Assembly: GCA_951406725.2 (NCBI GenBank)
Contig: OX597815.1
Span: 194,308,001-194,372,000 of the forward strand
Direction: 5' to 3'
From: Octopus vulgaris
Lineage: Eukaryota
DNA length: 64,000 nt
The notes below the pieces were generated by a model. That model was not told where the DNA came from. It did not search any database and saw only the letters and a list, made by a program, of their open reading frames with translations. Positions 1 to 13,774 of this stretch are shown here, in pieces. A program made the position numbers and the translations under genes. How positions within the stretch are numbered: the first letter of the stretch is position 1; every line of letters begins with the position of its first letter.

Positions 1-1203
1 CTGACAAAAAAGTTGTACCTGCATTTCAAATTGCCAGATTTGTCACATTCTGTGTCACGCTGGATCTCCTTGAGAACTACGTTAAGGGTACACGTGTCTG
101 TGGAGTACTCAGCCACGTTAATTTCACGTTGTGTGTCTGTGGAGTGCTCAGCCACGTTAATTTCACGTTGAGTGTCGGTGGAGTGCTCAGCCACGTTAAT
201 TTCACGTTGAGTGTCTGTAGAGTGCTCAGCCACGTTAATTTCACGTTGAGTGTCTGTGGAGTGCTCAGCCACGTTAATTTCACGTTGAGTGTCTGTGGAG
301 TGCTCAGCCACGTTAATTTCACGTTGAGTGTCTGTGGAGTGCTCAGCCACGTTAATTTCACGTTGAGTGTCTGTGGAGTGCTCAGCCACGTTAATTTCAC
401 GTTGAGTGTCTGTAGAGTGCTCAGCCACGTTAATTTTACGTTCAGTGTCTGTGGAGTGCTCAGCCACGTTAATTTCACGTTGAGTGTCTGTGGAGTGCTC
501 AGCCACGTTAATTTCACGTTGTGTGTCTGTGGAGTGCTCAGCCACGTTAATTTCACGTTGAGTGTCTGTGGAGTGCTCAGCCACGTTAATTTCACGTTGA
601 GTGTCTGTGGAGTGCTCAGCCACGTTAATTTCACGTTGAGTGTCTGTGGAGTGCTCAGCCACGTTAATTTCACGTTGAGTGTCTGTGGAGTGCTCAGCCA
701 CGTTAATTTCACGTTGAGTGTCTGTGGAGTGCTCAGCCACGTTAATTTCACGTTGAGTGTCTGTGGAGTGCTCAGCCACGTTAATTTCACGTTGAGTGTC
801 TGTGGAGTGCTCAGCCACGTTAATTTCACGTTGAGTGTCGGTGGAGTGCTCAGCCACGTTAATTTCACGTTGAGTGTCGGTGGAGTGCTCAGCCACGTTA
901 ATTTCACGTTGCATGTCTGTGGAGTGCTCAGCCATGTTAATTTCACGTTGAGTGTCTGTGGAGTGCTCAGCCACGTTAATTTCACGTTGTGTGTTTGTGG
1001 AGTGCTCAGCCACGTTAATTTCACGTTGTGTGTCTGTGGAGTGCTCAGCCACGTTAATTTCACGTTGAGTGTCTGTGGAATGCTCAGCCACGTTAATTTC
1101 ACGTTGCGTGTGTGTGTGGAGTGCTCAGCCACTTTAATTTCACGAACAGGCTTTCTCGTTGATTGGATTAACTGGAACACTCACCGTCGTAACAGACGAA
1201 GTA
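1..1203 (+). mobile_element. 3' part of a tRNA-derived SINE (tail X) whose interior has expanded into a 39-bp tandem array
   Basis: 1-93 and 1145-1203 match the tails of the SINEs at 4208-4531 and 9141-9517 (ttgtacctg...gagaactacgttaagggtacac; aggct..cgttgat.ggat.aactggaac). Confidence 0.85.
94..1144. repeat. Minisatellite, about 27 copies of a 39-bp unit
   Basis: Unit GTGTCTGTGGAGTGCTCAGCCACGTTAATTTCACGTTGA repeated head to tail with few substitutions; it produces the 13-aa periodic ORFs on both strands. Confidence 0.97.
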
Positions 1204-2136
1204 TTAATTCTATTTTTTGTTTAACTCCAGTTCAGCCCTGATCAACACATAGGCTCAAAATCTCACAGGCGTTCAGAACCGTGGTCACTTCATACTTTCA
1301 GGTGCTTTCTAGGACAACAGTATCTAACATATCCATTTTTTAAAAAAAAGACATCAGGGTCTAATATAGTTGTTGGTGGGATGGGGGAGTCCTTGTTGGC
1401 TTGGGTTATCTGTTATTCTATCCTGGGTAAATTTTACCCCTCATCCACTTCACGACATGAAACGTGATAAAGTAAGTCAAGCTAAATACCATTTGGCAAT
1501 TTCTTCATGAAATCTTGGAGCCATTCGTCATAGTTTTTTGTTTGTTTGTTTGTATATTTCCAAACTGCAGGGAAAACAAATTACAAAAAATAAGTAACTC
1601 AAAAAAAAAAAAAAAAGCACTGCCCTATTTCTGTTGATCTTTAAAGCTTAAGATCAAAGAGCCTCGTAGCATGTAAGAGCAATCATGTAGCATACACATC
1701 TAAAGTGTTGTTAAGACAGAAATCAACAATCAACAAGACACCAGAAATTTATCAAGTGCAAACCAATCATAAACGGCTACATGGCTTTTCGTACGAAGGA
1801 TTATACCAAAAAGTTATGTCATCTCACTGCTTTCCTGCCTAGTTTTATGCGGCGTTCTTGAATATTTAAGCACTTTAGATTGATAAAGCACCCGCGAGTC
1901 TCACATCAGGTGTTTTCTAGCTGCAATTATCTTAAATGCGTCTGATAAGCGATATATAAAGAGCTGATGAAAATAAGCTTTCGTATTATGTTTTCGGTTT
2001 TCTTAGAAACCTGGGATTTAGCGTTGGGTAAACATCTAAAAGGTTATATTTTTGTTTTTGTATTCGTTGTATCAGGCTTTTCGAAACGTGTTGATGAACA
2101 AACTATTATGACTCAGCAACCACGACCGCCTCTATC

Positions 2137-2447
2137 ACCACCACCACCACCAGCACCACCACCACTACCAGCACCACCACCAGCACCAGCACCAGCACCA
2201 GCACCAGCAGCAGCACCACCACCACCACCAACACTACCACCACCACCACCATAACCACCACCACCACCACCACCACAAGCACCATCACCACCACCACCAC
2301 CAGCACCACCACCACCAGCACCACCAGCACCACCAGCACCACCACCACCAGCACCACCACCACCACAACCACAACCACCACCACCACCACCACCACTGCC
2401 GCCGCCGGTGCCACCAATGAAAATAATAGCAACAACAGCAACAACAA
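2137..2447. repeat. (CCA/CAG)n trinucleotide low-complexity tract
   Basis: Directly visible. Confidence 0.95.
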
Positions 2448-2560
2448 CGTTCTAAGAAGCGTTATCACAAGTAACAACCTTCTTTGAACGTGAGCAAATG
2501 GGTGTGTAAAATATAGGCTAATACACTTAGAGGATATCAGTTGGTACTTCGGAAGGAGTA

Positions 2561-2912
<352 letters not shown>

Positions 2913-3420
2913 TCAAATATTGTTTTTTTTGTAAGTCGGAGTTGCAAAGAAAGTGAAAAATAAAAAAATATAAATAAAATATAAAAAAAATTCACAACAT
3001 GTGTGGTGGAACAAATCTAACATTCTTACATTGTTGCCATCATTCAGAATATCATGGCGGCCAGGCGGTCCGCAGATGGCATTTCAGAAAGAAGAATTTT
3101 TTTTTTTTTTTGGAATGGCGAGGAATTCGTTTTTTGACATTTTGGTTTTGTATACCCAGCAACCTGGATACAATTGCAAGTGTTCACCTGCTTAATGGCA
3201 AATGCTTAAAGCAAAGCAATTTTATATAGAAATATAAATTGTAAACTAGCTGTTTTAATAGAACTTTGGGAACATAGCCAAGTTCTGTGCGGCATTGTGT
3301 GGGTTTTGAGGTGACCGCTCAGTTTTTTTACTTCTTTTTATAAAGTTCTTATGTGTGGGTTTGACGTTAATGTGGAAATGCTAACGACGAAAGTAAGGAC
3401 GTTGTTTGTTCGTTTGCTCT

Positions 3421-3713
3421 TTCTCGAGCCATGCCTGGCTCATGAGGGCCGGTTTCCCGGTTTCTTTGACGTATAGGTTCCCCACCTGGACGGGACGCCA
3501 GTCCGTCGCAGGTGAGCTTCAAGATGCAGGAGGAAAGAGTGAGAGAAAGTTGTGGCGAAAGATTCAGCAGAGGTTCGCCATTACCTTCTGCCGGAGCCGC
3601 GTGGAGTTTAGGTGTTTCACTCATAAACACACACATCGCCCGATCTGAGATTCGAACCCGCGATCCCTCGACCGCGAGTCCGCTACTCTAACCACTAGGC
3701 CATGTACCTCCAC
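3421..3713 (-). mobile_element. tRNA-Arg(TCG)-derived SINE (family A head, tail Y); probably OR1/OR2-related
   Basis: Minus strand shows A box TGGCCTAGTGG, anticodon arm GGAC-TCG-CGGTC and B box GGTTCGAATC. The OR1/OR2 assignment is from memory, not from a search. Confidence 0.85.
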
Positions 3714-4049
3714 GAAAATAAGAACGTGGATACTCAAGATGAGTATGCAGTTCTACAACGTATGACCTCTGGTGTACTCTTTTATTAATTTTTTTGTTGG
3801 CTTCAGACGTTGCATTATGTCCATGTTCAGACACAGTCATCGATTATATCAACTCCAATACTTTATTTAGCGACCCTGGATGGGGAGGTGTGAGGGGATG
3901 AAATGCCAAGTCAGCCGAGAGTAATTGACAGAAACCGAATCGGATGGAGATAGCAGAGTGTATTTTCGTTCGGTGCATCGGGTTTTCTTTGGTGATCATA
4001 GGGTGATGCACGCGCATACTCACACGCAAACATGCACGCACACACACAT

Positions 4050-4113
<64 letters not shown>

Positions 4114-4121
4114 GCATGCAC

Positions 4122-4155
<34 letters not shown>

Positions 4156-4207
4156 ATGTGTGTGTGTACGTGTATGTGCTTGCGTTTATGTATGTATGTA
4201 TACACAA

Positions 4208-4531
4208 GTGAGGGCACGTGGCTTAGAGGTTAGGGCATTCGGCTCATGATCGTAAGGTTGTGAGATCAATTCCCGGCGACGCGTTGCGTCCTTGAGCAAG
4301 ACACTTTATTTCCCGTTACTCCAGTCCACTCAGCTGGCAAAAATGAGTTGTACCTGTATTTCAAAGGGGCCAGCCTTGTCACATTCTGTGTCACGCTGAA
4401 ATCTCCTTGCGAACTACGTTAAGGGTACACGTGTCTGTGGAATGCTCAGCCACTTGCACGTTACTTTCACGAGCAAGCTGTTCCGTTGATCGTACCAACT
4501 GGGACTCTCGCCGTCGTAATCGACGGAGTGC
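4208..4531 (+). mobile_element. tRNA-derived CORE-like SINE (family B head/core, tail X)
   Basis: A box TGGCTTAGAGG, degenerate B box, CORE-like CCTTGAGCAAGACAC, then the same tail as 9141-9517. Confidence 0.8.
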
Positions 4532-5519
4532 TAATGTATATACACACACAGATACAATCACAAACATACACGTTCACATAAATACATCACACTGCTTCTT
4601 ATTCAACTACAATTTTCAAATTTAACCGACATTAATTTGGTAAATCTGAGGCTTTGTGTGTGGAGATACTTGCTCAAAGTGTTGCACAGTTTAGTCGAGC
4701 ATGGGACAACGAGATTACGAAACGAACTTTTTAACTACACAGCCTATGATGTATATTTTCGCAAATCTATGAGAAATGTCAGCAAACTCGGTGACATTTT
4801 GGAATTTAAACATTTTGAAATACTTCTAAGTAGATTTAGCTTGAAGAGAGCATTAGCAAGTGAACCACATATTTGAAAATAATGAAAATTTAACATATGA
4901 CCTAAAATAAAAGTTATTTTAGTTCTAAAACATTTCGCTGGTGATGATCGTGATGGCGATGGCGACAAAGATGGATGGAAAAGTTGGTGGAATAGTATAG
5001 AAGTTTCTATTGGTTTTCTCCTCTTTTTAATGTTTATACCTGATGACCCTTTCAGTAAGGAATCTAAATATGCTGTTACAGGAGTAAGTGAACATGCTTT
5101 CCATAACACAGAATCTGACCTGGCTCTATGAAAGGTCAAAAATGCACTAATTTGTTCGAAGGACATAATTCAGCGTTAATTTTAGGTTTCATCTACAAAT
5201 CCCAACGTAACAAGACTAAGTATATATTCTCACACATGCAATTTATTCACTAAAGATCTGGAATCCGCAGTAATTTATTAACCACAATAAGCACACGATA
5301 TATGAAGCATTCGGGGGCTGCTTGTGAAATTTTAAGAGAGAGAGAGAGAGAGAGAGAAAGAGAAAGCCGTTTCGTTCTGGAGACTGGCCTAAATGTCTCT
5401 CAAAGACTACTTGCCACATGGGAGATGTTTGTTGACAGAATGATGCAAAGAATGTTAATAAGGCATCGTTGGTTTCAAAAGAAATACGAAATAGCGACAA
5501 ACGAATTGAAGGGTCTTTG

Positions 5520-5551
<32 letters not shown>

Positions 5552-5691
5552 ACACACACACAATATATATATATATATATATATGTGTGTATATTTATAT
5601 ATGTATATATATATACATGTGTGTATATATAATATATATATTATGTGTGTGTGTGTGGACATATTCATACATACATACATACATACACACA

Positions 5692-5741
<50 letters not shown>

Positions 5742-5775
5742 CACACACACATATATATACATAAACACAATCGCG

Positions 5776-5834
<59 letters not shown>

Positions 5835-6003
5835 TCTATATATGTATCAATATAAATACACACACATATTATGTATGTGTGTATGTGTATGTGTGTGTGT
5901 GTGTGTGTATGTACTGCTCCGTGAAAGAAAATTCAACAAAAAGTACTCACTCTGTTGAGAGATAAAAAATTATTTATTTAAAGAACACAATACATGCATT
6001 TAA

Positions 6004-6057
6004 GCGCTACTAATAGTTTCATATGTTGAGAAACACTCCAACATATTCTTCAGGCGC
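6004..6057 (-). ncRNA. Type-I hammerhead ribozyme motif (Penelope/retrozyme-like)
   Basis: Minus strand: gcgc-CUGAAGA-auauguug(gaguguuucu)caacauau-GAA-acu(auu)agu-A-gcgc. All core nucleotides present, stems I/II/III pair, cleavage triplet GUA. Confidence 0.8.
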
Positions 6058-6496
6058 ATATATGCATGTGTGCGTACACACGGGCGTGTACGTGTGTGCG
6101 TGTGTGCATCTGTAAGGCAGCGCATTCTGTTGGATATAGTGCTTCGCGGTATTTGCTTCGAACCACTGCACTCTGAGTCTAGACACCATCAACATCAACT
6201 TTGCGTTTCGACCTTCTATGGTTCGATAAAAAATGCATCAAACGAGGGCAATGGATAGGCGGAGCTGCTAAAATGTGATGTAAAACTCATGCATCATCTG
6301 CTCTGGCTATTTGAATTCTAATGGCAAGCGATTATAAAGACACTGGTGTCAGCGACACTTGGCCCATGTTGGCCGCCTTTTCCTTCAATACACATCGGCG
6401 GCGTAGACAGGGGATACTTGAATGCATGTTTTGACTTTCACAGTCGCCCGAAGATCAGAAACGTGAAACTCGAGTAACTTTATTAAAGATTTCAGG

Positions 6497-6578
<82 letters not shown>

Positions 6579-6620
6579 CTATCTATCCATCCATCCATCC
6601 ATCCATCCATCCATCCATCC

Positions 6621-6699
<79 letters not shown>
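6497..6699. repeat. (TCTA)n/(TCCA)n microsatellite
   Basis: Directly visible. Confidence 0.95.
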
Positions 6700-7327
6700 G
6701 GACACTGGTAGAATGTGTCATATAGAACATCTTTTACATTTAGCGTTGTTGAGAAAAGTTTCTATTTTCGAAGTTATTTCGTGTTAAAGTTGTCGTATTT
6801 TCGGTAATTTAAACCAATCAATGACGTGTATTCAGCTGAATAAAATAACTGCTGTTGTTTGTCAATAACAACTTCCAGTGGTGTATATTTCGTTTGTCAC
6901 TGTTATTTATGACATATTTCATCTCAGTTACGTTCGTAGTATGAATAAACCAGTGTATCTGAAGCACATTTACCTCATGACACCACCATAATCGTTCGTG
7001 TATTTCTATTGCTTTTAGGACGGGCGGACGTAACTGAGATGAAATATGTCATAAATAACAGTGACAAACGAAATATACACCACTGGAAGTTGTTATTGAC
7101 AAACAACAGCAGTTATTTTATTCAGCTGAATACACGTCATTAATTGGTTGAAATTACCGAAAATACGACAACTTTAACACGAAATAACTTCGAAAATAGA
7201 AACTTTTCTCAACAACGCTAAGTGTAAAAGATGTTCAATTTGACACATTCTACCAATATACGAAGTTTCAAAGTGTTTAGTTAAAGAAAATTAATTAACC
7301 AAGTTGCTCATCAAAAGAAAAATATCC
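6700..7327. mobile_element. Foldback MITE with left end truncated, related to 8400-8754
   Basis: About 230-bp inverted arms (6704-6931 / 7029-7255). The right terminus reads GGATATTTTTCTTTTGA on the minus strand. Shares ctggtagaatgtgt and caatcaatgacgt motifs with the 8400 element. Confidence 0.75.
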
Positions 7328-7814
7328 AAATGTTGATATCAAGTAATAAATAATTAAATAAAGTTAACAATTTTTGTATTTTTGAATGGTTAAAATGAAT
7401 CTACGACACTCTAATTGCTTTAGTTTTAGTTTCAACAAACTCTCTCAGACCAAATCACTCTGAAACTCATTTCTATAAGAAGTAAAAAATGCTGTGAGCG
7501 TGATGACTGCTTAGTTAGAGGACTTCTCGTTTACCTTCTTGCATCCAATGTCAGACCAAGGAGTCCCCAGTTGTAGTCGAGACCTTCGCCGTTGGTTTCG
7601 TGTTGTGATTCTAATTACGAGCAACTAGTAACACCTGGTGTGTACTGGCAGACACTCTATGTAACAAGCACTGACCTACAGCTTCGTTATTTCCTCACTC
7701 TGTCTTTTCCGAACAATTACTTCAACAACCTGTACTAACTGGAATTTGTAGACTGCGTATTTCTTATGCCAACTTCATTCAACATATTTGTGTCACTCTT
7801 TACATTCCAGAATT

Positions 7815-8180
7815 GTTGTTGGCATCCTTTTGTCTCGGGAGACAATGGAGTTGCTCATAAACTAATCCAGTATGGTTTTTACATTTCATGTCCTCTCCAG
7901 TTTTGCGCAAGCCTGGGCTAGATGTAAAAAAATCCTGGGTAGCCCAATCGTCAGGATTCCTCTCTCGACCTTGCTGACGTAGTCCAAAAGAGGGCAGAGC
8001 ATTACGTTTGGCACCAGCTTGGTTGCAGGAGCTGCCGGAGGAGTGTCGAGTCGAACACTAATCCACTCCGGATTTCTTTGAAAGTCGTCTCCTTTCCGTA
8101 ACCCTGGATAGGGGTCCATAACGGGTACTGTCAACCGGATCCAGCTGAGTCTGGGAATCGTGTCAGGTAGGGTCGTCACT
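7815..8180 (-). mobile_element. Possible RTE-clade LINE 5' UTR fragment
   Basis: GC-rich block (aaatccggagtgg...ctcctgc..ctggtgccaaac..ctttgga) resembling RTE 5' regions; recalled similarity only, no coding support. Confidence 0.35.
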
Positions 8181-8399
8181 CCCTGAAGTAGTGAAGAAAA
8201 TCGCTACCCACTACCTATAATTCCAGAATTGTAGATTCCTGTAAAAACAACATCTAAACAACTGAAAATCTGCATCAGGGGAAAACACCAACCAGGGACC
8301 GCTAAAAAGTTTCCACAGATCCCGAGTCATCTTGATCATCAGGAGTAACATGGCAAGTACTTCTCTCTCCTCCATACTATATCAACTTATAGATGCATG

Positions 8400-8754
8400 G
8401 GATCTTTTCACTTTGACCGTCAGATTTTTAAAATAATTTCTTTGTAACTAAACACTTTTAAACTTCGTATACTGGTAGAATGTGTTACATAAAACATCTT
8501 TTTTTCTTGGCTTTCTTGAGAAAATTCTGTAGTTTGTAAGCTATTTCTTGTTAAATTTCTTGCATTTCGGCAATTTCAATCAATCAATGACGTCTATTGA
8601 GGTGAATGCAATTTCTGCGGTTGTTTGTCAACAACAATTTCTTGCGGTGTCATATGATGTTTTATGTAACACATTCTACCAGTATACGAAGTTTAAAAGT
8701 GTTTAGTTACAAAGAAATTATTTTAAAAATCTGCCGGTCAAAGTGAAAAGATCC
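8400..8754. mobile_element. MITE with about 99-bp TIRs and 8-bp TSD (Merlin-like)
   Basis: Arms 8400-8498 / 8656-8754 are near-perfect inverted repeats starting GGATCTTTTCAC; GATGCATG is duplicated at 8392-8399 and 8755-8762. Confidence 0.85.
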
Positions 8755-9140
8755 GATGCATGCTTAGAGTAGGATCCTCTACTCGGGTTATTCCCGCTAC
8801 ATTCACTCACCTTTTTACACATTTACTCGGGGAAGTACTTGCTTCTTCAACCTAACTTTCCATTCCAAGTGAAACATGGCAAAGTCGATAAGGGCTTGGT
8901 CGAGGAAAGTGTTCGTCTTCAGTCGATTCAATCTCGTCCATTAAACAACCTCTCGCCACAGTCACCAGACATAGGAAATCTACCTGCCCTTTCGACCAAG
9001 GAAATGCGTCGTAATGACCTTCACGTTGGAGTGGACTGATAACCGGATTAGCCCTCCACATGATAGCACTATTCGACGTAACTACACAATTCAGCAATGC
9101 TCGAGCACGGTACGAGTGCGTGCAGAACAGTATCGTCTCT

Positions 9141-9517
9141 CTGGCCCAGTGGTTAGGGCAGCGGACTCACGGTCATAGGATCGCGGTTTCGATTCCCAGA
9201 CCGGGCGTTGTGAGTGTTTATTGAGCGAAAACACCTAAAGCTCCACGAGGCTCCGGCAGGGGATGGTGGTGGTGATCCCTGCTGTACTCTTTCACCACAA
9301 CTTTCTCTCACTCTTACTTCCTGTTTCTGTTGTACCTGTATTTCAAGGGGCCGGCCTTGTCACTCTCTGTGTCACGCTGAATATCCCCGAGAACTACGTT
9401 AAAGGTACACGTGTCTGTGGAGTGCTCAGCCACTTACACGTTAATTTCACGAGCAGGCTGTTCCGTTGATTCGGATCAACCGGAACCCTCATCGTCGTAA
9501 CCGACGGAGTGCTTCCA
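9141..9517 (+). mobile_element. tRNA-Arg-derived SINE (family A head, tail X)
   Basis: TGGCCCAGTGG A box and GGTTTCGATTCC B box; nearly identical to the inverted copy at 56293-56678. Confidence 0.9.
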
Positions 9518-10599
9518 GCTCAGGCAATCACGGCATGTTGGACGATATGGACATGCGTCTTCAGGTATTAAGCTGCAGACTCACTTACATTTTTTTTTTA
9601 TTGATTATTGCTAATCCTTTCTGGCAGTGCTGATCACCTCAACGTTGTTTTGCTGTCCGATACTATGAGGTCATCCACGCACGCCGACACACATCTTTCT
9701 CGCCTAATTCACGCAGGGTGCCCTATAAACGTCTCTAGTTTCTGCAATAGTAGCTCAAGTGTCCGTACGTACAGAAAAGATGAGAGACAACAACGCTGAC
9801 GGACAGAGAGCATGACATTAAATGGTTCCGTTAGGCGGCCATTCACCTCTCCCACCGAGCAGATGCTGCTCTACATTGCAGCGATTCAATCGCGAAAGAC
9901 AACGCGGAATCCCGCGACCAAGACTCAATAGTTCCAACGGTACTATGTGCGGTTTAATTCACAGCTGTAAGTATTTTGAGCACTGTTGCTATTATCGCCA
10001 TATTATGCCCAAAGCCGTGGTTCCGTTTTAATTTTTAAACCGTAAATCCGCGCTGATTGACCAGATATATTATGAAAGGCATTTCAGCCTTAGCAACCTG
10101 TCTTTTATCTCGCTGTGCACCCAAAGCCACATTATCCAACGTATATTTATCCATTCAAGAGGAGAAGTACACGTTGAGAGAAATTTGGCTGCTGATTCTT
10201 TGCAGCTTGAGTGATTACTCAGAGTTTCGTAGAGAAGTATTGGTGCTGTCAGGTTGAGGTCGTTTTGCTGTTATACATGATACCAAGACGAAATTTTCAA
10301 TAGTAATTTAACTTCGCAATGGATCGTAGGACATAAGTTGCTAGAAAAATCTTAACGTTTGTTATTTTGATATGATTAAAAATCTAGTGAAATATCTCAC
10401 AATTAAAAAAAAAAAAAAACATCTGTCCATGCATCGTCTCCTCCTACTATTACTGGGAGGAACATAGTGGTGGTGGGAGTCTCGAAGCACATCCTCCATT
10501 GGGTCACATCAAAAGCAACCGTCATTACATTTCCGTCTAGATTCCTAAGCATGACCAACTGAAAATATGGATAGAATTCAACCATCTTGTTCTTATTCT

Positions 10600-11200
10600 T
10601 ATATCTTTACTGTCTACAAGGGGCTAAGCACAGAGGGGACAAACAAGGACAGACAAACGGATTAAGTCGATTATAATCGACCCCAGTGCGTAACTGGTAC
10701 TTATTTAATCGACCCCGAAAGAATGAAAAGCAAAGTCGACCTCGGCGGAATTTGACCTCAGAACGTAGCGGCAGACGAAATACCTATTTCTTTACTACCC
10801 ACAAGGGGCTAAACACAGAGGGGACAAACAAGGACAGACAAACGGATTAAGTCGATTATATCGACCCCAGTGAGTAATTGGTACTTATTTAATCGACCCC
10901 GAAAGTATGAAAGGTAAAGTCGACCTCGGCGGAATTTGAACTCAGAAGGTAGCGGCAGACGAAATACCTATTTCTTTACTACCCACAAGGGACTAAACAC
11001 AGAGAAGACAAACAAAGACAGACACACGGATTAAGTCGATTATATCGACCCCAGTGCGTAACTAGTACTTATTTAATTGACCCCAAAGGATGAAAGGCAA
11101 AGTCGACCTCGGCGGAATTTGAGCTCAGAACGTAACGGCAGACAAACTATAGGACTACACATTTCGCCCAGCGTGCTAACGATTCGGCCAGCTCACCGCC
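10600..11200 (-). mobile_element. SINE family D trimer (184-bp period)
   Basis: Three tandem units with one tRNA-like head at about 11150-11200; central GCTTTCATCCTTTCGGGGTCGAT-type domain (Meta/MESC-like, from memory). Confidence 0.85.
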
Positions 11201-12284
11201 TTATATCGTGTTCTTATTCTATCCCTAGGTCTCCTGCCAGTTGTGTGATTTTTTTCCTGCGATTTTTTTTGTGATTTTTTCCTACGAATTTCTAATAACA
11301 TGTCCATAATATCGGAGCTACTCAATTCGGAGAAATAGCGGCTCGACCTGGAGAGGCCTTCTTATCTCTAAACTATGAACTCTCAAGAGTAACTGTACTC
11401 CAGAGATCCTTCAGAAGAACTTCTTTTCGACCAGTAGTATTTGCGATCGTACGTCTTCAGTCATTACCCAACATCCATGAGGATAAGCTCAAAAACCGAA
11501 TCGAAGACAACGAGCTTAACTTTTTACCAACCTCACCTCTTTTGAGGATCGAATACCACAGCGGGCACATTACTGTGCCAGCACCTGTAATTCCAGCATC
11601 CAGTTCAATCTCCTGCCTTCCATCACTTTTGAGCCCCGAGGTACATAAACTTCACTTATCTAATAACCAGACTCATTATTTATTTCTTTTAACTTTAAAT
11701 TATAAATAATTCTATTTTGTGTGTTTAAATACTGAAATTTCGCTTTAATGACCGCTGACCTTTTTCCTCAGAATATATAAAAAGGTTAAAACTTCATTCG
11801 TTTCCATAAACAGAAAATGACATTTTAGATATATCTTTAGAGACAAGATTAGGAACAATACTGAAAAACATATAAGGGCGACAACAATGTAAAATAAGAT
11901 AAAGTTAATTAGTTCAATTTTTATTTGCTTTACATTTTTCAATTCCATTTACGGATTTCATATCGCAATAAGATTTCTTAGAAAAAAAAAATAACAAAAA
12001 GCTAGACACTTTTGTTCTATCTCCTCGACACAATTGTCAACAACACAAAATCCACTTGAAGCCAACATCAAAGAGATAATAAAACGGATTTTCAGTTTTC
12101 ATTTTCCTTTTCGTTTATTTATTCTGTTGCGATGTGTCGAAGTGGGTGTCTATATGGCTATGCGGTTAACAAGTTCGCAATTTTGTTGTATTCAGTCCGA
12201 CCGAGTGCACTCCCTTGTCACTCTCGCTGGCGGGATTGCCAAGGGAGTGAACCAGTGGTTGGCTCAAATAAACAACGACACCAT

Positions 12285-12800
12285 TAGTTTCGGTCATCTG
12301 ACTGCGGCCATGCTAGGGCACCACCTTGAAGGGTTTTAGTCGAAGAAATCGACCCCAGGACTTATTTCTTTTCAAATCCTAGTACTTAAGCGATCATTTC
12401 CTTTTGGCGAACCGCTAAGTCACGTGGACGTAAACACACCACCACCGGTTATCAAACGGTGGAGGGGAATAGACACAGACACAAAGACACACACACATTC
12501 TCGAGCAGAATGAATACAACACATACACACACACCCCACATGTATGCGTGTGTGTGTGTTTGTTTGTTTGTTTGTGTGTGTGTGTGTGTGTGTGTTTGAG
12601 TTTTAGTCCGCTACCATTGCTTGACAACTGGTGTAGCTGTGTTTACATCTCTGTAACTTAGCGGATCGGCAAAAATGAATGACAGAATAAGTACAAAGCT
12701 TAAAAAAACTAAGTAATGGGTTTGATTCATTCAACTAAACTTTTTCAAGGCAGTGACCCAGCATGGCTGCAGTCTAAAGTCTGAAATACGTAAAGTGTAG
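12285..12800. mobile_element. Two partial family C SINE 3' halves in inverted orientation around (CA)/(TG) repeats
   Basis: 12285-12490 (minus) and about 12600-12800 (plus) match the family C 3' half. Confidence 0.7.
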
Positions 12801-13496
12801 ACGATAAAGAAATAAAGACGAATAAAGTTATCTTAAATACCAAACATAATAGATTCTTGTTTTATTGAAATTATCCCCTCTTTCAGAGAAACAAAACGGT
12901 ACTTGAGTTACGCCATCATACTTGCGTTACGCAACTCAGTCTGAGAATCACGTGTTTGCGACTTACTCAGCCACTAAGGCGTTCATTTATCGAACATGAA
13001 CTTTTTCAAATAAGCGATTGAATACACATCGCCGTGACCAACGGAGAAGCCACCATCTACCTATCATTTGGTGAGCCAATAACATTGGAGCATTTAGTTT
13101 TATGTAGGTATACAAAAGTCAAGATGGAGGATGTCATAACTGAAACACATTTGATCATGGATCAGCTGGATACGAACTGATTCACGGTGAAATAAATAAA
13201 TAAATAAGCACCATCTGTTTGGTGAACCAATATTGAAGTCTCTATGTTGCCTTTCTCTTTGTAAGAAAACAAACAGCCAAATTATTCGTGAAGTCACAGA
13301 CTACCATTTTAGGAACAGAAGGATTACATTGAATCAAGATGGCTCAGGTATACAATAGCTATACAAGTTTATAACTGGTCACAAGACATTTGGTCACAGG
13401 ACATTTGTTCGATTAAGTCAACAATAACTTATTGTTAGACGATTTATGTAAGTTCATAACTGCTACAGTTCGCTGAAAGATTTCTTTTAATGGTAA

Positions 13497-13710
13497 AGCG
13501 GCGAACTGGCAGAATCGTTAGCACGCCGGGCGAAATGCTTAGCAGTATTTCGTCTGCCACTATACGTTCTGAGTTCAAATTCCGCCGAGGTCGAATTTGC
13601 AATTCATCCTTTCGGGGTCGATAAATTAAGTACAAGTGGAACACCAGGGGGTCAATGAAATCGACCAGTCCCTCCCCCGAAATTTCAGGCCTTGTGCCTT
13701 TAGAAGAAAG
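13497..13710 (+). mobile_element. SINE family D monomer with alternative tail
   Basis: gcggcgaactggcagaatcgttagc...gagttcaaattccgcc head, same core, tail ...ccccgaaatttcaggccttgtgcct. Confidence 0.8.
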
Positions 13711-13729
13711 AATTGAATAGAGAATCAAT

Positions 13730-13770
<41 letters not shown>

Positions 13771-13774
<4 letters not shown>

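Noticed and set aside
94-1144. CRISPR-like array or 367/370-aa repeat proteins
   Set aside because: No unique spacers; the unit derives from a SINE tail, and the ORFs arise because a 39-bp stop-free unit is repeated.
5040-5065. CTGATGA followed by a hairpin (similar case at about 26508)
   Set aside because: No GAAA after the hairpin.
4744-5166. 140-aa non-repetitive ORF
   Set aside because: No recognisable motif or splice context; within chance expectation.
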